This document shows, in pieces, positions 18,089 to 28,188 of a stretch of DNA of 38,857 nucleotides (position 1 is the stretch's first letter; each line of letters starts with the position of its first letter). The notes under the pieces were generated by a model, which saw only the letters and a program-made list of their open reading frames with translations, did no database searches and was not told where the DNA came from. Location of the stretch: IMG/VR virus record IMGVR_UViG_2636415906_000002. The stretch is one strand, 5' to 3'. Origin of the DNA: a virus (Duplodnaviria; Heunggongvirae; Uroviricota; Caudoviricetes). A program made the translations under genes and the position numbers.

Positions 18089-18922
18089 ATGACAGTGAAA
18101 GCAAAGCGTTTTCGCATCGGGGTGGAAGGTGCCACTACCGACGGACGCGAAATCCAGCGTGAATGGCTGGAACAGATGGCAGCCAGCTACAACCCGGCGG
18201 TGTATACCGCGCTGATTAACCTTGAGCACATCAAGTCTTATCTGCCGGACAGCACCTTTAACCGCTACGGCAAGGTGACGGCGCTGTTTGCTGAAGAAAT
18301 CACGGAAGGTCCGCTGGCAGGCAAGATGGCGCTGTATGCCGACGTTGAGCCAACGGAGTCCCTGGTGGAACTGGTGAAAAAAGGCCAGAAATTATTCACC
18401 TCTATGGAAGTCAGCCCGAAGTTCGCTGATACGGGCAAAGCCTACCTGGTTGGCCTGGCTGCCACTGATGATCCTGCCAGTCTGGGCACGGAAATGCTGA
18501 CATTCAGCGCCAGTGCAGCCCATAACCCGCTGGCAAACCGCAAGCAGAATCCTGCCAATCTCTTTACCGCTGCAGAGGAAACGGTGATCGAACTGGAAGA
18601 AATCCAGGACGACAAACCGTCCCTGTTTGCCCGCGTCACGGCGCTGTTTACCAAAAAAGAGCAGTCCGATGACGCCCGGTTCTCTGATGTGCATAAGGCC
18701 GTGGAGCTGGTCGCCACTGAGCAGCAGAACCTGAGCGCACGCACCGAAAAATCCCTGTCTGAGCAGGAAGAACGCCTGTCTGAGCTGGAGACTGCCCTGC
18801 AGGCACAGCAAACCGCCTTTAACGAACTGGTGAATAAGCTGAGTCATGAAGACAGCCGCCAGGACTACCGCCAGCGTGCAACAGGCGGTAACGCCCCCGC
18901 TGACACTCTGACCAATTGCTGA
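18089..18922 (+). CDS. O: capsid scaffolding protein
   Basis: 277 aa, RBS GGAG, P2 gpO position. Confidence 0.85.
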   Translation: MTVKAKRFRIGVEGATTDGREIQREWLEQMAASYNPAVYTALINLEHIKSYLPDSTFNRYGKVTALFAEEITEGPLAGKMALYADVEPTESLVELVKKGQKLFTSMEVSPKFADTGKAYLVGLAATDDPASLGTEMLTFSASAAHNPLANRKQNPANLFTAAEETVIELEEIQDDKPSLFARVTALFTKKEQSDDARFSDVHKAVELVATEQQNLSARTEKSLSEQEERLSELETALQAQQTAFNELVNKLSHEDSRQDYRQRATGGNAPADTLTNC

Positions 18923-18937
18923 TGGAGCACAAACCTG

Positions 18938-19996
18938 ATGAAGAAGAATACCCGCTTTGCTTTTAACGCTTACCTGCAGCAACTGGCACGTCTGAACGGT
19001 GTGGCAGTTGAAGAACTGTCCAGCAAGTTCACTGTAGAGCCGTCTGTGCAGCAGACGCTGGAAGACCAGATCCAGCAGTCCGCCGCTTTCCTGACGCTGA
19101 TTAACGTCACGCCAGTGACTGAGCAGTCCGGTCAGCTGCTGGGGCTGGGTGTTGGCAGCACCATTGCCGGAACCACTGACACCACCGCGAAAGAGCGTGA
19201 ACCTGTCGATCCGACGCTGATGGTCGATGTGGAATACAAATGCGAGCAGACCAACTTTGACACGGTGCTGACCTACGCGAAGCTGGACCTGTGGGCGAAG
19301 TTTCAGGATTTCCAGGTGCGTATCCGTGACGCCATCGTGAAACGTCAGGCACTGGACCGCATCATGATCGGCTTTAACGGCGTGAAGCGTGCGAAAACCT
19401 CCAACCGTAGTGAAAACCCGCTGCTGCAGGATGTGAACAAAGGCTGGCTGCAGAAAATCCGTGAGGATGCACCGGATCACGTCATGGGCAGCACCACCAC
19501 GGGCGGTGAAACCACTCCGGGTGCGGTGAAAGTCGGGAAAGGTGGCGAATATGCCAACCTGGACGCTGTGGTGATGGATGCCGTCAATGAGCTTATCGAC
19601 GTGGTTTACCAGGACGATGACGATCTGGTGGTGATTTGCGGTCGTGAACTGTTGTCTGACAAGTATTTCCCGCTGGTCAACAAAGAGCAGGAAAACAGTG
19701 AAAAACTGGCTGCCGATATGATCATCAGCCAGAAACGCATGGGTGGCCTGCAGGCCGTGCGTGCGCCGTTCTTCCCGCCGAATGCGCTGCTGATCACCCG
19801 TCTGGATAACCTGTCCATCTACTGGCAGGAAGACACCCGCCGCCGTTCAGTTATCGACAACCCGAAACGTGACCGGATTGAAAACTTTGAATCCGTTAAT
19901 GAAGCCTATGTGGTTGAGGACTACCGCTGCGCCGCACTGGTGGAAAACATCCAGATTGGTGATTTCAGCGCCGCCGCAGCCGAAACCGGAGCGTAA
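18938..19996 (+). CDS. N: major capsid protein
   Basis: 352 aa, P2 gpN position. Confidence 0.9.
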   Translation: MKKNTRFAFNAYLQQLARLNGVAVEELSSKFTVEPSVQQTLEDQIQQSAAFLTLINVTPVTEQSGQLLGLGVGSTIAGTTDTTAKEREPVDPTLMVDVEYKCEQTNFDTVLTYAKLDLWAKFQDFQVRIRDAIVKRQALDRIMIGFNGVKRAKTSNRSENPLLQDVNKGWLQKIREDAPDHVMGSTTTGGETTPGAVKVGKGGEYANLDAVVMDAVNELIDVVYQDDDDLVVICGRELLSDKYFPLVNKEQENSEKLAADMIISQKRMGGLQAVRAPFFPPNALLITRLDNLSIYWQEDTRRRSVIDNPKRDRIENFESVNEAYVVEDYRCAALVENIQIGDFSAAAAETGA

Positions 19997-19999
19997 TCC

Positions 20000-20650
20000 A
20001 TGAGCCTGAGTCCCGCACGGCAGCATCGCCTGCGCGTTCAGGCTGAACAGGCCGCCCGCGAGGGCGGCAGTGTTCGCCACGCATCGGGCTATGACCTGAT
20101 GCTGCTGCAACTGGCGGAAGACCGCCGCCGTCTCAAGGGCGTTCAGTCCACGGTCAAAAAAGCGGAAATCAAGGTGGAGCTGCTGCCGAAGTACGCCGCC
20201 TGGGCAGAGGGTGTCCTGGCTGCCGGAGGCGCTCAACAGGATGACGTGCTGATGTACGTGATGCTGTGGCGCATTGATGCCGGAGATTATGCCGGGGCGC
20301 TGGAGATCGGGCGTCATGCCCTGCGTCATGGCTGGGTGATGCCGCTGGGTAACCGCAACGTGCAGACCGTGCTGGCAGAGGAAATGGCAGACGCCGCGCA
20401 GAGCGCAATGCTTGCCGCCACCGGCTTTGATGCCGATCTGTTGTTGCAGACGCTGGAGCTGACAGACGGTCTGGATATGCCGGACCAGTCACGGGCGCGT
20501 CTGCATAAAGCGATTGGCGCTGTCCTGAGTGAAAGCAATCCGGCTTCCGCCCTTAATCATCTCAACCATGCGTTACAGCTTGATCCCCGCTGTGGCGTGA
20601 AAAAAGACAAACAGCAGCTGGAGCGCAGACTGCGCAATGACAGCCGCTGA
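20000..20650 (+). CDS. M: terminase small (endonuclease) subunit
   Basis: 216 aa, P2 gpM position. Confidence 0.85.
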   Translation: MSLSPARQHRLRVQAEQAAREGGSVRHASGYDLMLLQLAEDRRRLKGVQSTVKKAEIKVELLPKYAAWAEGVLAAGGAQQDDVLMYVMLWRIDAGDYAGALEIGRHALRHGWVMPLGNRNVQTVLAEEMADAAQSAMLAATGFDADLLLQTLELTDGLDMPDQSRARLHKAIGAVLSESNPASALNHLNHALQLDPRCGVKKDKQQLERRLRNDSR

Positions 20651-20745
20651 CAGAACGTGCCCCCGCGCACGGGCGGCACGGGGTGGCGAAAGGCACTGCC
20701 ACATCAAAACCCCGTCCACCGCCCTCTATTTCAGGAGAAAGCAGC

Positions 20746-21210
20746 ATGAAGTTTGTTGCGCCAGAACAGGCACCGGAACAGGCGGAAATCATCAGAAATA
20801 CGCCGTTCTGGCCTGATGTGGACCTGTCGGAGTTTCGCAGTGTCATGCGCACTGACGGCACGGTGACGCAGCCGCGTTTAAAGCAGGTTGCGCTGTCGGC
20901 AATTTCGGAGGTCAACGCAGAGCTGTATGAGTTTCGCAGACGTCAGCAGATGCTGGGGTATGTGTCGCTGGCTGAGGTTCCGGCGGAACAGCTGGACGGC
21001 AAAAGTGAGCGCATTCAGCACTATTTCAACGCGGTTTACTGCTGGGCACGCGCCATGCTCAACGAACGATACCAGGACTATGACGCCACGGCATCCGGTG
21101 TGAAGCGAGGCGAGGAACTGGCGGAATCCAGCGGTGATTTGTGGCGTGACGCCCGCTGGGCTATCAGCCGGGTGCAGGATGCGCCGCACTGCACAGTGGA
21201 GCTTATCTGA
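20746..21210 (+). CDS. L: head completion / stabilisation protein
   Basis: ATG 20746 with RBS AGGAGAAAG inside ORF 20683..21210. Confidence 0.85.
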   Translation: MKFVAPEQAPEQAEIIRNTPFWPDVDLSEFRSVMRTDGTVTQPRLKQVALSAISEVNAELYEFRRRQQMLGYVSLAEVPAEQLDGKSERIQHYFNAVYCWARAMLNERYQDYDATASGVKRGEELAESSGDLWRDARWAISRVQDAPHCTVELI

Positions 21211-21413
21211 TGAAAGTGCGTGCGCATCAGTATGACACGGTGGACGCGCTTTGCTGGCGTCATTACGGGCGCACGCAGGGTGTCACGGAGCAGGTACTGA
21301 AGGCAAATCCGGGGCTTGCCGAATATGGCCCCTTTTTACCTCACGGGCTGCAGGTGGAGCTGCCGGACATTCCGACCACCACCACCGTGCAGACCGTCCA
21401 GCTATGGGACTGA
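21210..21413 (+). CDS. X: tail protein X
   Basis: 67 aa, ATGA overlap with L. Confidence 0.8.
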   Translation: MKVRAHQYDTVDALCWRHYGRTQGVTEQVLKANPGLAEYGPFLPHGLQVELPDIPTTTTVQTVQLWD

Positions 21414-21416
21414 ATT

Positions 21417-21632
21417 ATGACGCTTGAGCGAATCAGCGCCTTTATCACGTACTGCATCGCCGTTGTGCTGGCCTGGCTGGGCGATTTGTCCATCAAGGAT
21501 GCCTCAACGCTGGGCGGCCTGATGATTGGTGTGCTGATGCTGGCTATCAACTGGTACTACAAACACAAAGCCTACCAGCTTCTGCGCGACGGGCAGATCT
21601 CGCGGGAGGACTATGAATCCATCAATCGTTAA
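21417..21632 (+). CDS. holin, two-TM pinholin-like
   Basis: 71 aa with two hydrophobic helices, directly upstream of and overlapping a SAR endolysin. Confidence 0.6.
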   Translation: MTLERISAFITYCIAVVLAWLGDLSIKDASTLGGLMIGVLMLAINWYYKHKAYQLLRDGQISREDYESINR

Positions 21633-22125
21633 ACGCTGCCTTGTCGGGGCCGTGCTGGCTATTGCTGCCACGCTGCCGGGTTTTCAGCAGCTTCACACCT
21701 CCGTGGAGGGGCTGAAACTGATTGCCGATTACGAAGGCTGTCGTCTGCAGCCGTATCAGTGCAGCGCGGGCGTCTGGACCGACGGCATTGGTAACACGTC
21801 AGGCGTCATTCCTGGCAAAACCATTACGGAACGACAGGCAGCAGAAGGACTGATTTCCAACGTGCTGCGTGTGGAGCGGGCGCTGGAAAGGTGTGTGAAA
21901 CAACAGCCGCCGCAGAAGGTATATGACGCTGCGGTGTCGTTTGCCTTCAACGTGGGAACGGGCAATGCCTGCAGTTCCACGCTGGTGAAATTACTCAATC
22001 AGCGGCGCTGGGCGGATGCGTGCCGACAGTTGCCGCGCTGGGTTTATGTAAAAGGTGTGTTTAATCAGGGGCTGGATAACCGCCGTGCGCGGGAGATGGC
22101 CTGGTGTTTACAGGGAGCAAACTGA
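21613..22125 (+). CDS. SAR endolysin, T4-lysozyme (GH24) family
   Basis: N-terminal signal-anchor-release helix LVGAVLAIAATLPG; catalytic E-x8-D-x5-T triad in EGLKLIADYEGCRLQPYQCSAGVWTDGIGNT. Confidence 0.8.
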   Translation: MNPSIVKRCLVGAVLAIAATLPGFQQLHTSVEGLKLIADYEGCRLQPYQCSAGVWTDGIGNTSGVIPGKTITERQAAEGLISNVLRVERALERCVKQQPPQKVYDAAVSFAFNVGTGNACSSTLVKLLNQRRWADACRQLPRWVYVKGVFNQGLDNRRAREMAWCLQGAN

Positions 22126-22126
22126 A

Positions 22127-22504
22127 ATGAAAAAGAAATTAATCAGCGGGCTGTTTCTGATGTTATGGATGGCGCTGTTAATCGCCGCAATGGTGTATCC
22201 GCAGGGGATTTTTCCGGTACTGGCAGCGTCCGGCGTTTGGGTAGCCTGTTTGCTGACATGGGCGGTAATTCCGGTAGCACTGGCTGCGTTAATTAAGAAT
22301 GGCCCGCTCTGGCAGGAGTTGAGGGCATCTTTGCTGAAGACAATTACCCGAAAAGAAAACGTATTTATCAGCTGGGTGATGCGATTGCTGATTGTCGTAA
22401 GTCTCGCCTGGACGGAGTGGGCTATTACCCTGGTCTTTTATCTACTGACCGTTATTGCCTTCTGGATCACCCGTAATCAGATGGCGCAACAGGTAGCAGC
22501 ATGA
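22127..22504 (+). CDS. lysA: LysA-like membrane protein
   Basis: ATG 22127 (RBS GGGAGC) inside ORF 22055..22504; hydrophobic. Confidence 0.65.
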   Translation: MKKKLISGLFLMLWMALLIAAMVYPQGIFPVLAASGVWVACLLTWAVIPVALAALIKNGPLWQELRASLLKTITRKENVFISWVMRLLIVVSLAWTEWAITLVFYLLTVIAFWITRNQMAQQVAA

Positions 22505-22929
22505 ACCGGTTGCTGCTGGGTGTGCTGGCGTTATTACTGACGGCGCTGGGCTGGCAGACGTGGCGGCTGGCTGATGCCAGCCAGACCATCAGCACGCAGG
22601 CAGACGAGCTGCAGAGCAAAAGCCAGGCGCTGGCAAAGAGCAACAACCAGCTTATCAGCCTGTCCATTCTGACTGAAACTAACAACCGGGAGCAGGCGCG
22701 GCTCTATGCCGAAGCAGAACAGACCAGTGCACTGCTGAGACAACGACAACGCCGGATTGAGGAACTGAAACGTGAGAACGAGGATTTACGCCGCTGGGCT
22801 GATACTCCTTTGCCTGCTGACATTATCCGGCTGCGGGAACGTCCGGCACTCACCGGAGGTGCAGCTTACCGTCAGTGGTTGTCCGCGAGTGACGCCGTGT
22901 CAGCTGGATCAGGCAGCGCCACACAATAA
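22501..22929 (+). CDS. lysB: i-spanin (Rz-like)
   Basis: N-terminal TM helix then coiled-coil-like region. Confidence 0.7.
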   Translation: MNRLLLGVLALLLTALGWQTWRLADASQTISTQADELQSKSQALAKSNNQLISLSILTETNNREQARLYAEAEQTSALLRQRQRRIEELKRENEDLRRWADTPLPADIIRLRERPALTGGAAYRQWLSASDAVSAGSGSATQ

Positions 22930-23062
22930 CGGTGATCTGAACGCATTGCTGGATGAAACGGAGGCCGCCTGGGCGGTCTGTGCAGACAAAGTGGACATGA
23001 TTATTGCGTGTCAGGAGCGAAACAGTGAACAAACCACAATCCCTGCGCCACGCCCTCAATAA
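22772..23062 (+). CDS. lysC: o-spanin lipoprotein (Rz1-like), embedded in the +1 frame of lysB
   Basis: signal peptide with LSGC lipobox (LLCLLTLSGCGN); starts inside lysB. Confidence 0.6.
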   Translation: MRTRIYAAGLILLCLLTLSGCGNVRHSPEVQLTVSGCPRVTPCQLDQAAPHNNGDLNALLDETEAAWAVCADKVDMIIACQERNSEQTTIPAPRPQ

Positions 23063-23456
23063 AGCAGTGCCTTATGTCCGTAATAACCCGGACAAACTGC
23101 ATCTGTTTGTGGATAACGGTTCGCTGGTTGCCACCGGGGCCAGCTCCATGTCATGGGAGTACCGCTACACCCTTAACGTGGTGATTGAAGATTTCAGCGG
23201 CGACCAGAATCTGCTGATGGCCCCGGTTTTGCTGTGGCTGCGGGATAACCAGTCTGATGCCATCAATAACCCGACGTTACGGGAAAAGCTATTCACCTTT
23301 GAAGTGGATATTCTGCGCAACGATGTCTGTGATATCAGCCTGAACCTGCAGCTGACGGAGCGTGTGCTGGTCAGCACTGACGGAAGTGTGTCGAGCGTTG
23401 AAGCGATAACGGAACCCGATGAACCTGAAGAAATGTGGACGGTGAAACGTGGCTGA
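23025..23456 (+). CDS. R: tail completion protein
   Basis: GTG 23025 with RBS AGGAG; P2 gpR-like N-terminus. Confidence 0.8.
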   Translation: MNKPQSLRHALNKAVPYVRNNPDKLHLFVDNGSLVATGASSMSWEYRYTLNVVIEDFSGDQNLLMAPVLLWLRDNQSDAINNPTLREKLFTFEVDILRNDVCDISLNLQLTERVLVSTDGSVSSVEAITEPDEPEEMWTVKRG

Positions 23457-23895
23457 ACTGCAGAAAGTAGACGACTGGCTGAGTGCCTTGCTGGCGAATC
23501 TGGAGCCAGTCGCAAGAAGCCGCATGATGCGTCAGCTGGCGCAGGAACTGCGCCGGACACAGCAACAGAACATCAGGATGCAGCGCAATCCAGATGGCAG
23601 CAGTTATGAGCCGCGCAGAGTAACAGCACGCAGCAAAAAGGGGCGCATCAAACGTCAGATGTTTACAAAGCTGCGCACCACAAAATACCTGAAAACTGCC
23701 GCCAGCGCCGACTCTGCCAGCGTGCAGTTTGAAGGCAAGGTGCAGCGCATTGCCCGCGTTCACCATTACGGCCTGCGAGATCGCGTCAGTCGTAAGGGAC
23801 CGGAGGTGCGTTACGCAGAGCGTCGCCTTCTGGGTGTAAATGATGATGTTGAGGCAATGACCCGCGACATGATTCTGCAATGGCTGGCGGGGTGA
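23449..23895 (+). CDS. S: tail completion protein
   Basis: 148 aa, P2 gpS position. Confidence 0.8.
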   Translation: MAELQKVDDWLSALLANLEPVARSRMMRQLAQELRRTQQQNIRMQRNPDGSSYEPRRVTARSKKGRIKRQMFTKLRTTKYLKTAASADSASVQFEGKVQRIARVHHYGLRDRVSRKGPEVRYAERRLLGVNDDVEAMTRDMILQWLAG

Positions 23896-23899
23896 TCTT

Positions 23900-23917
23900 T
23901 GTATCAGCACTGATACA
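23900..23917. promoter_or_regulatory. Ogr/B-type late-promoter activator site TGT-N12-ACA (pV)
   Basis: TGTATCAGCACTGATACA, a perfect 18-bp palindrome, upstream of V. Confidence 0.5.
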
Positions 23918-23963
23918 AGTTGCAGCACTGCCGCCTTTCTTCCCCTGATGGCAACCTTTCCCT

Positions 23964-24542
23964 ATGAACGCACAATTAACCGAAATCATGCGCCTTATCA
24001 CCAACCTGATCCGCACAGGGGTAGTCACCGAAGTGGACAGGGAAAACTGGCTTTGCCGGGTGAAAACGGGCGAGCTTGAAACCAACTGGATCAGCTGGCT
24101 GACGCTGCGTGCCGGGAATGCCCGTACATGGTGGCGACCATCGGAAGGTGAGCAGGTGGTGCTGCTGAGTCTGGGCGGCAATCTGGAAACCGCCTTTGCG
24201 CTGCCCGCTGTCTATTCGAATCAGTTCGCACCACCGTCGACGTCGGCGGACGCCTGCGTGACAGAACATCCTGACGGTGGCTGGTTTGAATACGAACCCG
24301 CCACCGGGCGCTGGTATGTCAGGGGCATCAAATCAATGGTCATTGAGGCTGCTGACAACATCACCATGAAAACCAGTGAGTTTGTACTGGAGGCTGACCG
24401 CACGCGCATTAACAGCGAAGTGGTGATCAATGGTGGCGTTACCCAGGGCGGCGGAGCGATGAGTTCTAACGGGATCGTGGTTGATGCGCATCAGCATACT
24501 GGCGTCCTGAAAGGCGGCGATACAACCGGAGGCCCGGTATGA
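23964..24542 (+). CDS. V: baseplate spike / assembly protein
   Basis: 192 aa, P2 gpV position. Confidence 0.85.
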   Translation: MNAQLTEIMRLITNLIRTGVVTEVDRENWLCRVKTGELETNWISWLTLRAGNARTWWRPSEGEQVVLLSLGGNLETAFALPAVYSNQFAPPSTSADACVTEHPDGGWFEYEPATGRWYVRGIKSMVIEAADNITMKTSEFVLEADRTRINSEVVINGGVTQGGGAMSSNGIVVDAHQHTGVLKGGDTTGGPV

Positions 24543-24898
24543 CGCTTTATAGCGGGATGAACAATACCAGCGGCAAAGTCATTACTGATATTGATCATCT
24601 GCGCCAGTCGGTGCGGGACATTCTGCTGACACCGCAGGGTAGCCGCATTGCCCGCCGGGAATATGGTTCCCTCCTGTCGGTTTTAATAGATCAGCCACAA
24701 AATCCGGCATTACGCCAGCAGGTCATGTCGGCAGTGTATGTGGCGCTGAGTCGCTGGGAGCCACGGCTGACGCTGGATTCCATCACCATCAACAGCAACT
24801 TTGACGGTTCTATGGTGGTGGAGCTGACCGGGCGGCGGAATAACGGTGTGCCTGTGTCCCTTTCCGTATCAACAGGAGCAGAGAATGGCAGTGATTGA
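24539..24898 (+). CDS. W: baseplate protein (GPW/gp25 family)
   Basis: 119 aa, ATGA overlap with V. Confidence 0.85.
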   Translation: MTLYSGMNNTSGKVITDIDHLRQSVRDILLTPQGSRIARREYGSLLSVLIDQPQNPALRQQVMSAVYVALSRWEPRLTLDSITINSNFDGSMVVELTGRRNNGVPVSLSVSTGAENGSD

Positions 24899-25793
24899 CC
24901 TTTCGCAGTTGCCTGCACCGCAGATTGTGGATGTGCCGGACTTTGAGACGCTGCTTGCCGAACGCAAGGCCCAATTTGTTGCGCTTCATCCAAAAGATGA
25001 GCAGGAAGCCGTGATCCGCACGCTGGAACTGGAATCTGAACCCGTCACTAAATTGTTGCAGGAGAACGCTTACCGTGAGTTGCTTCTGCGCCAGCGCATT
25101 AACGAAGCCGCGCAGGCGGTGATGGTGGCTTACGCGATGGGCGGCGATCTTGACCAGCTCGCTGCCAACTACAACGTGACACGCCTGACGGTGACGCCTG
25201 CTGATAATGATGCTGTGCCGCCCGTTGCAGCTGTGATGGAAAGCGATGAAGCGTTACGCCTGCGTGTGCCTGCAGCCTTTGAAGGGCTTTCTGTTGCGGG
25301 GCCAACTGCAGCTTATGAATTTCATGCCCGAAGTGCCGACGGTCGGGTAGCGGATGCCAGTGCAACCAGCCCGGCACCTGCAGAGGTGGTGCTGACTGTC
25401 CTTAGCCGCGAAGGCGATGGAACTGCAGAAAAAGACCTGCTGGACGTGGTGGAAAAAGCTCTGAACAGTGAGAACGTCCGCCCGGTGGCTGACCGTCTTA
25501 CGGTTCGCAGCGCAGAAATCATCCCGTATCGCGTGGAAGCCACCATTTTTCTCTATCCGGGACCGGAAGCAGAGCCGGTAATGGCAGCGGCAAAAGCCAG
25601 TCTGCAGAAGTACATTGCCAGCCAGACGAGGCTTGGTCGGGATATTCGCCGTAGCGCCATCTTTGCTGCTCTGCATGTTGAGGGTGTTCAACGTGTGGAA
25701 CTGGCTTCTCCGCTGGCGGATGTGGTCCTGAACAAAACACAGGCGGCATCATGTACGCAGTGGAGCGTAACCAACGGAGGAACGGATGAATAG
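24885..25793 (+). CDS. J: baseplate wedge protein
   Basis: ATG 24885 with RBS AGGAG; 302 aa as P2 gpJ. Confidence 0.85.
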   Translation: MAVIDLSQLPAPQIVDVPDFETLLAERKAQFVALHPKDEQEAVIRTLELESEPVTKLLQENAYRELLLRQRINEAAQAVMVAYAMGGDLDQLAANYNVTRLTVTPADNDAVPPVAAVMESDEALRLRVPAAFEGLSVAGPTAAYEFHARSADGRVADASATSPAPAEVVLTVLSREGDGTAEKDLLDVVEKALNSENVRPVADRLTVRSAEIIPYRVEATIFLYPGPEAEPVMAAAKASLQKYIASQTRLGRDIRRSAIFAALHVEGVQRVELASPLADVVLNKTQAASCTQWSVTNGGTDE

Positions 25794-26391
25794 TCTGCTG
25801 CCACCGGGTTCAACTTCACTGGAGCGCCGACTGGCGCAAACCTGTAGCGGGATTTCTGATCTGCAGGTGCCGCTGCGTGACTTGTGGAATCCGGCTACCT
25901 GTCCGGTCAGCTTCCTGCCTTATCTCGCCTGGGCGTTCTCTGTGGATCGCTGGGACGAGGGCTGGACAGAAAGCGTCAAGCGCCAGGTGGTGAAGGATGC
26001 TTTTTATATTCATCAGCATAAAGGGACCACCAGTGCCGTGCGGCGGGTGGTGGAGCCGTTCGGATTCCTGATCCGCATTATTGAGTGGTGGCAGACCGGA
26101 GAAACACCGGGCACGTTTCGCCTGGATATCGGCGTGCAGGACCAGGGCATCACTGAAGATACCTATCTGGAACTTGAGCGACTGATAAGCGATGCCAAAC
26201 CATGTAGCCGCCACATGATCGGCATGTCCATCAATCTGCAGACCAGCGGCCCGCATTGGGTGGGAGCCGCCAGCTATCTTGGCGAAGAAATCACGATCTA
26301 TCCGTATATCAACGAAACGATTATTTCCGGTGGCACCGCGCATGAAGGCGGGGCGGTCCATGTTATTGACACAATGAGAGTGAATCCATGA
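25786..26391 (+). CDS. I: baseplate / tail-fibre anchoring protein
   Basis: 201 aa, P2 gpI position. Confidence 0.8.
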   Translation: MNSLLPPGSTSLERRLAQTCSGISDLQVPLRDLWNPATCPVSFLPYLAWAFSVDRWDEGWTESVKRQVVKDAFYIHQHKGTTSAVRRVVEPFGFLIRIIEWWQTGETPGTFRLDIGVQDQGITEDTYLELERLISDAKPCSRHMIGMSINLQTSGPHWVGAASYLGEEITIYPYINETIISGGTAHEGGAVHVIDTMRVNP

Positions 26392-27746
26392 GCACAAAAT
26401 TTTATACCCTGCTGACGGATATTGGCGCGGCGAAACTTGCCAGCGCCGCCGCGCTCGGTGTGCCGCTAAAAATTACCCATATGGCGGTGGGCGATGGCGG
26501 TGGAGTATTGCCAACGCCGGACGCAAAGCAGACGGCACTGGTAAATGAGAAACGCCGGGCTGCGCTGAATATGCTTTATATCGACCCGCAGAACAGCAGC
26601 CAGATTATTGCCGAACAGGTGATCCCTGAAAACGAGGGCGGTTGGTGGATACGTGAAGTGGGCTTGTTTGATGAGTCCGGGGCATTGATTGCCGTGGGCA
26701 ACTGCCCGGAAAGCTATAAGCCGCAACTGGCTGAAGGTAGCGGGCGCACTCAGACCGTGCGCATGGTGCTGATTACCAGCAGCACGGACAATATCACCCT
26801 GAAAATCGACCCTGCTGTAGTGCTGGCAACCCGCAAGTATGTGGATGACAAGGCACTGGAGCTGAAGGTGTACGCGGATGATCAGATGGCAAAACATCTT
26901 GCCGCACCGGACCCGCATTCACAGTACGCGCCAAAAGCCAGCCCGACATTTACCGGAACCCCCAAAGCGCCAACGCCAGCGGCGGGGAATAATACCACGC
27001 AGGTTGCGACCACTGCGTTTGTACAGGCGGCACTGACGGCCCTTATTAATGGTGCGCCAGCCACGCTGGACACGCTGAAAGAAATAGCCGCAGCCATTAA
27101 CAATGATCCGAATTTCAGTACCACCATTAACAATGCGCTGGCACTAAAAGCACCGTTGTCGAGTCCGGCACTCACCGGAACGCCAACAGCCCCCACGGCG
27201 GCGCAGTCGGTCAACAATACACAGATTGCCACTACGGCTTTTGTGAAATCGGCGATTGCAGGAATGGTGGGTTCTGCACCTGCTGCACTGGATACACTGA
27301 ACGAACTGGCGGCGGCACTGGGGAATGATCCGAACTTTGCCACGACAATGCTTAATGCGCTGGCAGGTAAACAACCGCTGGACAATACGCTTACCAATTT
27401 GAGTGGAAAGGATGTAGCTGGTCTTCTCACATACCTTGGTTTAAGAGCAAGCGGGCAGTACACCGATAATTTGTTATTTACAGGTCCTGATGGTCTTAAG
27501 ATTCAGGTGTTTCGCCGGACGCTCGCAAATTTGACTACTGTTGGTGTAGTAAATTCTGTGCCAGTGACTTTCCCTGTCCCGTTCCCTGTTAATTGCTGGG
27601 GCGTTTTTTCTACCAAATTAACATGGGTTCAGATAACTAACTCATGCGAGTGGGTAAGCAATACAGGATTTACCGCTCAGGTCATGATGAATATTGCTGT
27701 AAATACAAACACCTCAGACGCTATGTTTTTAGCTATAGGATATTAA
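26388..27746 (+). CDS. H: tail fibre protein: constant N-region (residues 1..350) + currently expressed variable C-terminus
   Basis: 452 aa; two about 70-aa tail-fibre repeats (26943..27155, 27165..27374); invertase crossover site inside the gene at codon 350. Confidence 0.85.
   Translation: MSTKFYTLLTDIGAAKLASAAALGVPLKITHMAVGDGGGVLPTPDAKQTALVNEKRRAALNMLYIDPQNSSQIIAEQVIPENEGGWWIREVGLFDESGALIAVGNCPESYKPQLAEGSGRTQTVRMVLITSSTDNITLKIDPAVVLATRKYVDDKALELKVYADDQMAKHLAAPDPHSQYAPKASPTFTGTPKAPTPAAGNNTTQVATTAFVQAALTALINGAPATLDTLKEIAAAINNDPNFSTTINNALALKAPLSSPALTGTPTAPTAAQSVNNTQIATTAFVKSAIAGMVGSAPAALDTLNELAAALGNDPNFATTMLNALAGKQPLDNTLTNLSGKDVAGLLTYLGLRASGQYTDNLLFTGPDGLKIQVFRRTLANLTTVGVVNSVPVTFPVPFPVNCWGVFSTKLTWVQITNSCEWVSNTGFTAQVMMNIAVNTNTSDAMFLAIGY
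27424..27449. repeat. invertase crossover site 1 (hix/gix-like): TTCTCACATACC-TT-GGTTTAAGAGCA
   Basis: 26-bp imperfect palindrome inside H; core dinucleotide TT at 27436..27437. Confidence 0.5.
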
Positions 27747-27747
27747 T

Positions 27748-28188
27748 ATGAATCGTTTTGTGTTCAGTCCATCTGAGTCCCGTTTTTATGCCATCGAGTG
27801 GCAGGCTGATTATGTTGATAATAATTGTTGGCCACATGATGCCATTAACGTTAGTGACAGCATTTATTATGAGTTTTCCGGCACTCCCCCTACAGGTAAG
27901 CAACTTATAACTTTAAATAACATGCCAGCATGGGGTGATATTCCTCCACCTACACGAGAAGAATTAATTGTCGCTGCTGATGTGGAGAAGCAAAAAAGAA
28001 TAGATTTAGCCAATGATTACATGAACGGTAAGCAATGGCCTGGTAAAGCAGCTATTGGTCGTCTGAAAGGTGAGGAACTGGCACAATATAATTTGTGGCT
28101 GGATTATCTGGACGCACTGGAGCTGGTCGATACCGCCAGTGCGCCAGATATTGAATGGCCTACGCCTCCGGCAGTTCAGGCCAGATGA
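27748..28188 (+). CDS. G: tail fibre assembly chaperone
   Basis: 146 aa directly after H. Confidence 0.8.
   Translation: MNRFVFSPSESRFYAIEWQADYVDNNCWPHDAINVSDSIYYEFSGTPPTGKQLITLNNMPAWGDIPPPTREELIVAADVEKQKRIDLANDYMNGKQWPGKAAIGRLKGEELAQYNLWLDYLDALELVDTASAPDIEWPTPPAVQAR

Noticed and set aside
18392-19480. 362-aa minus-strand ORF
   Set aside because: Antisense to scaffold and major capsid genes; Gln/Leu/Gly-rich low-complexity product; no independent support.
26882-27463. 193-aa minus-strand ORF inside tail-fibre gene H
   Set aside because: Antisense to the Ala/Thr-rich fibre repeat region; mirror-image low-complexity translation.
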